In this document: piece by piece, positions 9,575-22,500 of the stretch
Layout: the number at the start of each line of letters is the position of its first letter
How positions within the stretch are numbered: the first letter of the stretch is position 1
NCBI GenBank assembly: GCA_038046365.1
Contig: JBBSWF010000020.1
Coordinates: 14,201-78,200, forward strand
Direction of reading: 5' to 3'
Length of the DNA: 64,000 nucleotides
Source: Nanobdellota archaeon
Lineage (GTDB): Archaea > Nanobdellota > Nanobdellia > Woesearchaeales > JAGWAF01
Program-made: the position numbers and the translations under genes
The notes under the pieces: generated by a model
What the model was told of the DNA's origin: nothing
The model's database searches: none
What the model saw: the letters and a program-made list of their open reading frames with translations, nothing else

Positions 9575-10018
9575 GTGCGGATCATCGAGAAAGGGTATGC
9601 CCCATACAAGGACATATGGGCAAGCCCTGTCGGAGTAAGCCACTACAGATCTGACCTGTCTGACAAAAAAGACCATCGGCCAGCAGGCCTGCAATACACT
9701 CTGTTCGAATTGATCGAGAAAGAGACCACGGAACCACGGTGCGAGGTCTTTCCGATGCATCTTGACCTGGATATAGAAGGTACTCATGTGCGATTCGCTG
9801 ACATGAAAAAAAGCTTCATGGATGGACGCACCGAATATCAATTAAGGATAGTGCAGGAAGATAAAAATGGCAGACTATACATCACCGACCCACGGGTACC
9901 AGAGTATAGTGAGAATGCATTGCGGGAATACGCGATGGAACACGCTAACCGCAAGAGGAGATCACCTGAGAACTCCATAGACCAAACTGACAGGATCCCG
10001 GCTCCGGACAAACATTAA
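9575..10018 (+). CDS. Hypothetical protein.
   Basis: Clean 147-aa ORF with average composition and no recognisable motif. Confidence 0.4.
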   Translation: MRIIEKGYAPYKDIWASPVGVSHYRSDLSDKKDHRPAGLQYTLFELIEKETTEPRCEVFPMHLDLDIEGTHVRFADMKKSFMDGRTEYQLRIVQEDKNGRLYITDPRVPEYSENALREYAMEHANRKRRSPENSIDQTDRIPAPDKH

Positions 10019-10555
10019 TATACCCCCTCTTCCGGTGACGTAACCGTTTGCGGTACGGTCAGATGACACAATAGTCTACTGACTGAAAAACGATCAGCCA
10101 ACGACGGACTAGTCCTTCGTCGGGCGCGGTGTGGTAACTGCGCGGGCGTGATTGAACGGGGGTAGACCTGTGAAGGGTGGTAGAACAAAGTCCAAACTGT
10201 CTAGCTCTGCCAGCTATTGCGCTAGTAGCTCTTGCGTGAAAGCGAGCGAAGCGAGATTGAGCGATCTGAGTAGAATTCAGTATGGTCGCTCTGAACCGGA
10301 TGACTCGATTAGTATCGAGTATATTCAGGGGTTTGGAAACCAGGATAGCTTAGTTTTATCTGTGGCGGATATGGACTCTTTGTCAAGCATAGATACTTCT
10401 CTTAATCTAACCAGAGGATCGGGGTCCTTTGATGAAAAAGGCGCGATCACCAACAGCCCTCATAATCATATCTCACTATCAAACGCGGAGACTGAAACGA
10501 ATTCTTCGGACCGCAAACAACCAAGGACAGTCTCCTCAACGAAAAAGAAGGATAG

Positions 10556-13500
10556 ATGGAAAGCCAAGACAGCTTCCAAGCCCGACAAGTAGACGAAAAC
10601 CTGGCAGAATGGGCAAGAAGCCAGGATGGAGGTAGCGAAAGCTATGCATTTACACCACCTTCTGCCCCGATCGCCTGGAGATCCCACCATAGGGAACACC
10701 TCGCAGAGGTCTTAGGCGCACAGCCAAAGGATCCGAGCAAGCTGCAGCTGGCCATCGGCGTGGTCGTGCCGCTGATGTTCATCATCGCGACAATAATGAC
10801 CCTCGCGGACCCGAGCATAACAGGACTTGTCGCTTATTCAGAGCGATCCATAATCGAACTGAACGCGACGATAACAAGCTCGAGGAATATCACGATCGGG
10901 CTAAATGACATACCAATGAGAGTGAGAGTAAGCGGAATGGCGACAGGAAACGTGTCCATCATCCATAGACCCAGCGGCAGGAAAATGTTCGAGACAGCAA
11001 GCCCAGGGATTGTGGCTCTGACAGAAGAATGCGGACAAGCCTGCGCAAGACGCGACTATTCTAGCTCGGCGGACCCGCCAAGATACAACCTCACACTCGA
11101 GGTCTCTATCGGAGAAGGAGCTGAACTGAACATAACAACTATCGGATACACTTTCACACCCGCGAACAGACAGCCATTGTTCAACAGGAAACTCGCCAAC
11201 CTCACAGCCACTGCCAAGACAACTACGAAAATAGACCTAGCAGGATACGCGAAAGACCCGGACAACGACTCCATCACTTTCATCGCCACGAACTCGATGC
11301 TGGCAGACATCGAGGTGCATGGAAGCATCCTCCAGATAATCCCCAAGAAAAATGCGACAGGCCCCACAAGGTTCGTCGTATACGCATCTGACACGAAATC
11401 GATATCAAGAGTGACAGTCAACCTCGATATCAGACAAGACATTGGCACGGACGAGGCCGCAGCGATAAACGCGCCTTTTGAAATAGAACCCGACCTAGTA
11501 GAACAAACACAACTGGAAGACGGGACGCCAGTCATAATCGAGCTTGAGGAGCCGCAAGAAGCTCTCGGAGAACTGATCAAGGCCGCAAAGATAAAAGAAG
11601 AACAGACCCTGCTTGACACAAAAACAAGCGATGAGAGAGTGAACGTGAAGAGAAGATACAAGAACATCCCGGCAGTATCCGCAGTCATGACACAGGAAGG
11701 CCTGCAAGACCTGCTGTCGAACCCGAACATCAAAGCAATCAGAGCAGACGAAGAGTTCTCAATTAGCATCACAGACGAGCTCAAACAGGTCCACGCAGAG
11801 CCGCAAGCAAGGATCATGCCCGACGGGACGCGGCTAGATGGCGAAGGCAAGACAGTATGCCTCATCGACACAGGAGTCCAGACCACCCATCCAGACCTAT
11901 TAGGAAAGGTGATCGGAGGATACAACTCAATAGACAGCCCCGAATATAGCTCGACAGACATATCTGATGACAACGGACACGGGACAGCAGTGGCAGGAAT
12001 AATCGCCGCGCCAGACGGTATCGCGCCGATGGCAATGATATTCCCAGTGAAGGCGTGCGGCAAGACCGGTTCCTGCAAAGCAAGCGCGATATTATCCGCG
12101 ATAGATGCATGCATCGGGGCAAGATCGACTCATAACATAACAGTCATCTCAGGAAGCTTCGGCGATGGATTAGCTCATACTGCAGGCGACTGCCCTGACA
12201 CGCTTGGAGCCGCGATTACCGCTGCGCACGACGCCGGGATGACCATGACATTTGCAGCTGGAAACAACGGTTACCTCGACGGAGTGAACTACCCTGCCTG
12301 CGACGGGCGAGCGATATCAGTAGGATCATCCACGCAATACGACACACCGACTAGCTTCACCAACAAAGGATCAAAGACAGACCTTCTCGCACCAGGACAG
12401 AATGTCACAACCACCATGATAGGCGGAGGATGGGGAGAAGCAAGCGGGACAAGCATCAGCACGCCATTTGCGGCAGGAGCGGCCATGATAATCGCCCAGG
12501 GGCTAGAGCTCACAGGACGGGGTGCCACCCCAGAGGACGTGAAGAACCTGCTGATGAACTACAGCGCCAAAGCGATGGGAATGCCAATGCTCGACCTGTC
12601 GGCAGCGATAGCCGCAGCGACAGGGAAGAGCGAGACACCGATTCCCATCAATGGGACACCGACAAGCCCGGCTGGAAACGAAACACAGACAATCGCAGCG
12701 GAACAACACGCAGGATCCATCCAAAAACCACCGGAGAACCAGCGGAGACTAACAGGCGGCGCCAAACCAACACCATCTTTCACACCAGCCTTGGGGAAAA
12801 CAAGCGCGCTAGTCACGAGACAGATCGAGACAGAAGGAAAAGCCGACGTCATAATCGAACTTGAACTGCCTAACATCACAATGAAAGATGGATTCGGCGT
12901 GATGTCACTCAACCAGGGCAGAGCGATGACAAAAGATGGACTTAAGGACGCAGTCGGCAGGGCACAGAGATCATCGCTAGAAGGGATGAAGACTGCCTTG
13001 AACGGAACATTCGGGACGTTATCATCTGATGAAGACATATCGATCACCGACCAGCCAGAATACTTGCCATTCATCACAGGGACCGTGAGCGCGAGCGGGC
13101 TTGAGAAACTGAAATCAACCCGATCCGTGAAAGCGATACACCCCAACCTCATCAGAGAACTGCTGCCCACAATAATAGACCCAGAGCCAAAGGCTTCATT
13201 TGACATCAGCCTCCCGACTATAGGGGCATTATACGCAAGAGATACACTAAACTACACCGGACTTGGCGTGAAAGTAGCGATAATCGACTCAGGAGTGGAT
13301 TACACGCATCCAGACCTTGGAGGATGCACACGCGACCAATTCCTCGCAGGAACATGCGCGAAAGTTCCGACTGGATACGCTTTTTGCAATGCCACCAACT
13401 GCGGAAGAGACCCCGACCCAATAGACCAATTCGGACACGGAAGCCACATCGCAGGGATCATCGGAGGCACTGGAGTAGGCGGATTAAAAGGCATAGCGCC

Positions 13501-16500
13501 GAACGCGACATTCATCGCCATCAAATCATGCAATGCGACAGGAAGCTGCCCCGACGCATCGGTCATCGCAGGCATCGACTACGCAATCTCGCATGGAGCT
13601 GACGTGATAACCATGTCGCTTGGCTCAGTGCCGATACCAAACGACGGGTTGGACGTGATCGGGCAAGCAGCATCGTCAGCAGCCATGATGTACTCAATAA
13701 CAGTGGTCGCTGCCGCAGGGAACTCCGGGCCAGGGACAGGATCTATCGCGACACCTGCCGCAGGGCAAGGCGTGCTGTCTGTTACTGCATCAAATGACGC
13801 CGGAACGGCCGCGGTGAGTGACGACACGATCGCGTCTTTCTCGGATCGAGGACCGTTAGCGTTCGGACGGTTCGGCCCAGACATCAGCGCGCCAGGAGTC
13901 AGCATAAACTCCACAGTCCCACAGACCAGTCAATGCCCGTATTCAACCGTACTGTGCTCGAATACAGGATACAAAGTCAGCTCAGGGACCTCATTTGCAA
14001 CACCACACGTCACGGGAGCCGTCGCGTTGCTGCGCGAGCAAGACAAGAACCTAACGCCCGCTGAGATAAGATCCATCCTGATGAGCAGCGCAGCGAGCAT
14101 AAGCGGGCACCCGTTCGACAAAGGAGCAGGACTCATCAACGCCACAGGCGCGCTGACTCGCGCGACAAGGATGCTAATAGACGGCGCCGAGAAAGGAAAT
14201 CTAGAATCGATAGCAGGGGAATACGCAGAGTTCAACATCACAATAGTGAACAAGGACTCCGTGTCAAGGACCATCACACTGACAGCCGAGAACATCAGCG
14301 AGCCTGATGGCAACAACTCCATAGCAGCATCGTGGGACCTGCCACTGCCATTCACAGCGCCAGGAAACAACAACACCACAGTCAGATTGAGAATGAAGAC
14401 CAACAGCGGCGCGACGCCTTCGGTATACGGGGGGACGATTATTGCCACAAGCGATCTTAGCGAGACGATGAGAACGCCATTTACGCTGACAGTCCCGCTC
14501 TATGGAGACGGAACCATCTCGATGAGGACATCAGACAGCTCCACATCGTCAAAGACCGGAGACATATTCTACTTCAAACTTATATCGCCAAACGCGAGCG
14601 GATTCACCACTTACTTATCATGGCCGGACCCGCAATACGACATGGACATGTACCTATTCTCAGAAGGCGGCCTGCTGCTGACGTACAGCGCAGGGCTTGA
14701 CGACCCTGAATGGGTTGGCGCAAGCAACATCTATGAGAAGAATTACTGGGTCGCGGCAAACTCGTATTATGTGCCATCATCAGGAATGAGCTTTGAGGTG
14801 GCGACAGCGTACAGCAGCAACCTGACTATCATACCCAACACCATCCAGGCCAGCGCGGTCGCAGGCCAGACAAAACAGATGACGTTTGCGATCAGGAACG
14901 GCCTTGGACCAAAGAACATGACCATCGCGCTGACACGCCTGCAAGACAGCGAGAGCGTCGACACGACAAGGACAGCCCCTGCAGGGGGCAATGACTACTA
15001 TTCATTCACAAGGAACGGACTTAATATATCTGGAATGAAGACCTGCGACGTAATAATCAACTGGACAGGCGGCGCTGACCTAGACCTGTCATACTACACC
15101 TCCAATGACGGCGGCTCGACAAACACGACACGCCTTCCTTCGAGCGCACATGACAACGGAGCGCTTAACCAGACACGCGAAGCATTGATCGCGCACGATG
15201 TCGGATTCATGGCCGGTTATTACAGCGAATGGGGCGTAAGGACATACAACAAGAACAATTCTGCGACACAATACAACCTCACAGTAAGATGCAAGAGCAA
15301 CAAGCCCGCTTCAGAGGCCAGCGTGTCACCATCATACATACAGACAATGAACAACAGCCAGGAAATCAACATTACAGTGAATGTAGACACAACCGATCTA
15401 GCGCCAAATTCATCCATCGCCTATATGCTCGTAGCAAGATACAATGACACACGCGAATGGGCCCATTCAGCAGTGACCCTCACAGTCGCAGCAGCCCCCG
15501 GCGTCCACGCCGCCAATGGAGAATATGACGGAGGCACGATCAACCTTAGCAACGTGGCAGACATCACGAACATACCAGATATGACACTTGAAAAGACAAC
15601 CATTGGCAGGATCAGATGGAACGGGCCAATCGACGCGCGCGACGCCAACTTCACCAGATACACCACTATAAGCGCAGGCCTGATAGCAGTGAACGCGTCT
15701 GTCCTCCACCGCAGCATAAACAGCAGCGCCAACATCACTTTCTATGGAGCATCATGCGCAGGATATAAACTGCTGACTTCCCGAGGATATATCCCAGACA
15801 AAGAGGAAGCGACAGAATCCGGAGACATATGCAACGCGACTAGCGACCCGGCCTGCAGCAGCATCGCATGCAGTGGCAACACCCTGACGTTCCAGGCAGA
15901 CCATCCCACCACATTCGCGCTGCTAAACGGAATCACCAACTCTATTATCACCACGTCAAGAATAGGAGAATCAAACCTCACCGACGCCAACATCACAGAT
16001 TCCAGGGTCAATTCATCGGACATCACACTGTCTAGCATCAAGAACGCAAGCCTAACCAGAAGCATCGTGAACCGAACGACAATCGACAACTCCACATTCA
16101 TCAAATCGAACGCGACTGGCTCCAACATAAACATCAGCAGCGTGAACAACTCTGACGTGCTCAACTCCACGCTGATCGAAGTCAACATGAAGGACTCGGT
16201 CGCGGCATGGTCATACATAGACCCGTCCAACATAACAAACTCCACAGTCAACAACAGCTTCGTTGAAGACTCTGAGATAGACAACAGCTCGATATATGAC
16301 TCAAACGCAACTAACTCCACAGTGAATGCATCGTTACTGTCTCAAGCAGACGTGCGCAACTCCACAATAAAGGGGTCGACAATACACAACACCAGCATCA
16401 ACAACTCCAGAATCGAGAACTCCACAATATCAAACGGAATCAACATCAGCTGCGGGCAGACACTCACCGAAAACATAAACCTAAGCTTCAACGTGGTCGG

Positions 16501-19500
16501 GCACACCCCATGCTACAATGCCGGCGCAGACTCAATCACAATCAACTGCAATGGATACACAGTGACAGGCACAGGCAGCGCGCCAGTCATCAATATCACA
16601 GGACGGGCAGGGGTAAATGTACTCAACTGCAACTTATTTGGAAACAACGCAATCGCGATCACAAGGTCTAACAGCAGCAGCATAACTAACGTCAGCGCAG
16701 GATGGGGAACCATCACTATCTCAGGGGCATCATCGAACAACACCCTACAGAGAGCCTCAAACATCAGCGCCCTCACCATTGGAGACGACGCGTCATACAA
16801 CCGCATGAACAACATCAGCCTATCCACACTGACAGTGAGCGGAAACTGGAACAACATCACCAACAGCAGCGTGAACCTGACCGCAACGGTCTCCGGAGCC
16901 AACAACACCATAACCGGCAGCTCAATGCAATCCGGCGGAAACATCATCACGATCAGTGGATCCGGCCACCTCATAGCCAACAACACAATAAGCGGAAACA
17001 TCGCCGCAGGACTCCTCTCATCCACCAGGATCAGCGACAACAATATGACAAACGCATGCGTGGGATCAATTGCGGCCGTGCCAAGAAATGACATCACCAT
17101 CAGCGGCAACAGGCTGCTCGCCTGCACGGGAGGCGCGGTAGCAATCAACTTCGAACCGATCCAAAACACAAACTTCACCGTCGCCAACAACCAGATACTA
17201 TCATCTGACAACCCCTTGAACCTAGTGGGCGGAAACGACTGGAAAATACTTGGCAACACATTCAACTATTCCGGCCCGATAACCCTGACAAGCTCAAATG
17301 GCACTCTATTTGCGAACAACACAGTCAACAGCCCGGTCAACGCGATAGCGATAGACATCTCCAACCTGACAGGTTCAAGCATCAGGGAGTCGACTATAGC
17401 TAACGGCAGCGAAGGAAGCATTGGGATAAGGCTGAGATCATCGATCGAGAACGGCACGATGGAGAACCTGGGGATAGACAACAACACAATCGAAGGGTTC
17501 ACCAAGTGCGTGAGCACTTCGACCGGAGAGGACTACCCCGAGAGGCTCAACGGTACAAGCATATACGGCAACAAATTCCACTCCTGCGGAATCGCGATAG
17601 AACTAGAGGCCAATGCCACAGGAGCCAGCGCAGGCGGAATGAGAATCCTACACAACCGGGTCACGTCGACTAGCACGGCGTTGAAGCTTCGGTCTGCTAG
17701 CGGAGCAAGGATCGAGAACAACGCATTCAACGCAACAGGCAACACAAGCATCCTATTGATAGACAACCTGAATGCCACTATGATAAACACAACAATCACA
17801 GGCACCCTCAATGGAATCTCGATCATAAACACCAGCGGAATTATCACCAGATACCTCCAGATATACAACGCCACCTCATGCGCAGTGCTACTAAACCGCA
17901 GCAATGGAGGAATACTAACAAACCTCACTATCAACACCACATCATCTAGCATACATATCACCGGAGGAATGAACCACACGATAAACGAGACGAACGCGCC
18001 GCACCCAGTCATCCTTGAGAACGCGTCATACAGCATCATAAACTTCACAGCGCAGGTCAACTTCACGGCCCAATCCCCAATATCGTCTATTGTGAACCTA
18101 TCAGACAACTATATCACAATAAACTCTACTCTCGCGCCGCAGTTCAACATAAGCGCCATCCTAACCGCATACGTCTCATTCAACGAAGCCGTCCCAGGAA
18201 TAGACCAAGAAGACGACGGAACATTGAGCACCTGCCCGCTGACGCGATGCACCACGATAAGCCAGACAGGGTCGATATTCGTGTTCAACGTGACCGGATT
18301 CACAAGCTATGGAGGAATATCGCCAACCCCCGGATCAGTAATCGTGAACTCCACCATAAACGGAAGCATCGTATCGAACAGCACAGTGAATAACGCGACA
18401 GTCACAAACTCGACAATCAACAGGAGCGTGATAACAAACAGCACAGTCCACAACAGCACAGCATCCAACTCCAGCATCATCAACTCCATACTTGGCAACT
18501 CCACCCTGACCAACTCCACGCTCACAGGGTCATACGCGAACGCATCGCAGATGCCGATCGCACAGATCCTAAACAGCACAATAATATCCGCTCTTGTCAA
18601 CAGAACAAACGCCGAGAATAGCTCGATTCGATTCTCCAACACCACATCATCGATAATAAATGCCTCGTCGGTCGATAACTCATCAAGTACCACAAGCAAC
18701 CTGACCACCAGTATAGTGAACCTATCCACAGTCTCAGGATCGATAATATCCAACAGCAGCGCATACTCATCTAACATCAGCGGATCAATATCGGATAATT
18801 CCACAATACACAACTCAAACCTGTCTCTATCGAACGCCAATACAAGCAATATAGACCTGTCCGGACTCTCAAATACCACCGCCTACGCTAGCAGGGTAAA
18901 CACCAGCTCGACTGCCAACGCCACCTTGATTCGAACCAACCTCACACTCGCCAACATCAGCCTGGCAACCCTCGAGAACAGCTCAGTCCAGAACAGCACC
19001 ATACTCCACGGCAGAATCACGTCATCCACCCTACTGAACTCTACTGCGAGCAACAGCACAATCACCGTGTCCAGGATAGTGACATCGATAACAGACAATT
19101 CCACGCAATTATCGACGAACCTGACGCGGAGCCTGATGAATGCCTCGGTGAGCGAGAACTCCAGGATGACAAACACAACATCAATGGCAAGCAATATCAA
19201 TTCGACAACAGCAGACAACACCACGACCGCAGACAGCCGTCTTGAACAGAGCACAACCAACACCACACGGTTGTATGGCAGCACCCTTGGCAACTCAAGC
19301 GCGATCCGGTGCATAATCAACTTGAGCCAGGCATATAACTCCACACTAGCAAACAGCACGATCCTACTAGCCACAGTAAACCTGAGCGCACTTGATAACT
19401 CGAGCGCATGGCAGTCCAACATAACGGAGAGCACAGTCAACAAATCGCTGTCAGACACGAGCTCGATCTACATGAGCGTTATAGCGAACGCACAGCTCAA

Positions 19501-22500
19501 TAACACGGTAAGCGACAACAGCACCGCGTCCAACATCAGCTCGACCAACTCGACGATAAACTCCAGCATCGCAGTTAACCTAACGTTGATCGAGTCCACG
19601 CTCATGTCTGCTAACGTCAACAGGACATACGCGCACAACATAACCGCGACCAACTCCACAATAAAGACCAGCACGATCAACAACTCCAGAGCAGAGAACA
19701 GCACGATCATAGGAAGCAACCAGACCTGGTCGGATGTCAACAACAGCGACGTGCGCAACTCGACAATCTACAGAGCGAATGTCACCGCATCTGTCGTGGC
19801 AGGAAGCACGGCCGTGAACTCCTCCATAAACCAATCCGATGTGGTGAACTGCAACCTCACAAACGTCACTGTGCACAACTCCACACTCTTTGGCGAGACG
19901 ATCATCAATGACATCGTAATCAACAGCAGGAGCCTGGCCGCATGCGGGAAGGTGATAGGGAGAGACGCTATAATGAACCAGAACATCACGTGCGACGGAG
20001 CAGCCCTCATATTCAACAGATCGAACAATAGAGTATCATGCCAGGGATTCCTGATCCAAGGAAACGGGACATCTACAGCCATAGAGATCAGATCAAAACC
20101 CAACTCAAGCGCAGACGCATGCATAATAACAAACTACTCCATCGCCATATCTGTAAATGATACAAATGACACCACCCTAACAAATATGAAGATAGACCAA
20201 AGCAGGATAGGGCTGCTAATATCCAATTCATCTAACGTCACGATCGGCAACATGACAGTGACAATGAGCACACTGGTCGGCGCGCTAATAGACCCCTCAG
20301 ACAACATAACCATAGAAAACAGCACTTTCGCCGGAGGCGTGAACCCGATCATCTTGCTAGACACCAACAACTCCAGAATAGCATTCAACCTCATAGAGAA
20401 CTCCACAGGAGGCCTGAACCTGACAAACAGCTTCAACAACCGCATCCACAACAACACCATCCGCAACAACTCAGTCAACATCAGGCTAACAAGCGGCACG
20501 GGCAACATCATATACGACAACTTCCTTAGCGACGCAAAATCATTGCACATCTTCGCCGGAGCAGGCAACAACTTCAACACCAGCGGAGCATCTGGAGGAC
20601 ATGGAAACCGGTTCGACAACACCATCGCGCTTAGGATCTACGACCAGAACGGAGACGGCTATGGGGAGAGAGGATGGGACTGGCCATACAACTCAACGAA
20701 CAATGGAACAGTCAACATAAACGTGAGTGACTTAGGTCCCATCACAAGCAGACAAGACCAGGCACCGGTGCAAGTCGGAGCGTTCAATATAGTAGAGATG
20801 ATCTCCGGCGGGACCTACAATCAGATCGACCTTGACGGAGTATTTAGCGATCCTGACGGCGATCCACTCAACTACACGGTAAGCGGAAACAACAGCCTGG
20901 GAGTCACAGTCGATGCAGTGACACACGTCGTATACATATCGGCACCAGGCAATTTCACCGGAACTCAAATAGTCACATTCATCGCCAATGACAGCATATT
21001 GGCAGTGTCCGCAGGCCTGACCATCAACGTCGCCGCAAGCGCCCCACCGCCATCCACGCCGCAAGGATCACAAGGACAAGGACTAGCCGGACCAAGCGCG
21101 GAAGATACAGCAGGAGCAGACGCGGCAGCGGCGGCAGCAGCAGCGGCTGCGGCAGCAGTGACAGCAGCGGCCCCAGCAGTGACAGCCGCAGCAGCGGCCC
21201 CAGCAGCAGCGGCCGCACCATCGCCACCCTCATCAGTATTCGCCCCGACAGTCACAGCTGAATCATTCCGAAACATGATCGAGGGCATCAAGAAGACCGA
21301 AGACACCCCTGTAGCATGCGGATACAGGACAAAAAAGACTATCGAGAAAGAGGTCGTGCCCACCAAGACCAATCTCACGCAAGTGAAGCTGCCAGAAGGA
21401 TACAAAATGGCCACCGACCCGTTCACGTTAAGCTGCGACGGCGACTCGCTAGACCTCACACTGAACGTGCCTGCCGGATTCACAGATCTCAAAGCGCTCA
21501 GGTGCAAGAAAGACGGCTGCACCAACATCATTGAGAAAGAGGTAACCACAAAAGAGCTTGTATGCGGAGGCAAAACAGTCACCCAGATCAGACAAGAGGA
21601 GATCACGCAGCGCAAAGAGTCGCTGGCGCTAGAAGACCTCGGAGTGATAATCGAAGAAGGAACGACAATCACAAATGCAAAGAGAGCGATCCAGAGCGGC
21701 AAGAACAGGCTCGAGTTCACAAGAGAGATTCGCGTGCCATTCCAAGCGAAGATATCATCTCCAAAAAGCTCCGTTCCTTTGCCGAAGAACCCGAGCGCGG
21801 CGATAATCGGAACGCCGCTGGAGGTGACACTGCGCAATGCGCAAGGGCCGCTCGCGGCAAGGATCACACTGCCATACATCAAACCCGAGAACTACGACCA
21901 GGACAGCTTCGCAATATTCGCCCTAACAGATGGAGAATGGGAATACATTGAGAGCAGCACACGCGATGAGAACAACCAGAAGATCAGCGCGGAGACAAAC
22001 GACCTCCTCAAATACGTCCGAAACGGAGTCGCGCAATTCGCAGTCATCGGAACAGGATGCGCGGCATGCCAACAATCCAAACTAGCACACACATACTCGC
22101 ATGAAGGCGCGCGCGCAGCCATAATACTGCTACATGGATTCGCATCAAGCCCAAAGACATGGCAATTCCTAATAGACGAAATAGCGCTTACAAACCAGCC
22201 ATACCAAGTATACACATTCGAGTTTAGCGCATCAAGGCCGATGATGACAACAACCCGCGAATTCATGGACCTGATGGAGCTTGAGAGCGGACAATTCGAC
22301 ACAGCATACATCGTCGCCCACAGCCTTGGAGGGTTGATCACACAAGAAGCCCTCCACCAGTCAGAACTCGCAGGCACCAAATACACATGGCTTCCAAAAG
22401 TCAAGAAAGTCGTGCTCATAGGAACGCCTAATGACGGCACCCCTGGAGTTGACGTGTTCCAAAACCTGTTCCAGAGCCTTGTGAATGAGAAGAGCGTCTT

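Noticed and set aside
8519-9841. Full 440-aa reading of the AbrB-PhoU ORF
   Set aside because: The first 128 codons run through the AT-rich divergent promoter (TTTATATATAT) and have no domain. The internal ATG at 9457 immediately precedes the AbrB swapped-hairpin motif.
10020-10155. 5S rRNA-like segment (ggtgtggtaactgcgcggg) upstream of the giant gene
   Set aside because: Only a short patch resembles the 5S helix IV/V region. The conserved loop C and GAAC...AAGTTAAGC elements are absent, so it is probably a chance resemblance in a 5' leader region.
10152-10592. 146-aa Ser-rich ORF overlapping the start of the giant gene
   Set aside because: It is low-complexity (S/T-rich), lies in a different frame, overlaps the giant gene's first 37 nt and has no promoter-like signal. 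It is probably non-coding leader sequence. A frameshifted N-terminal extension of the giant gene cannot be fully excluded.
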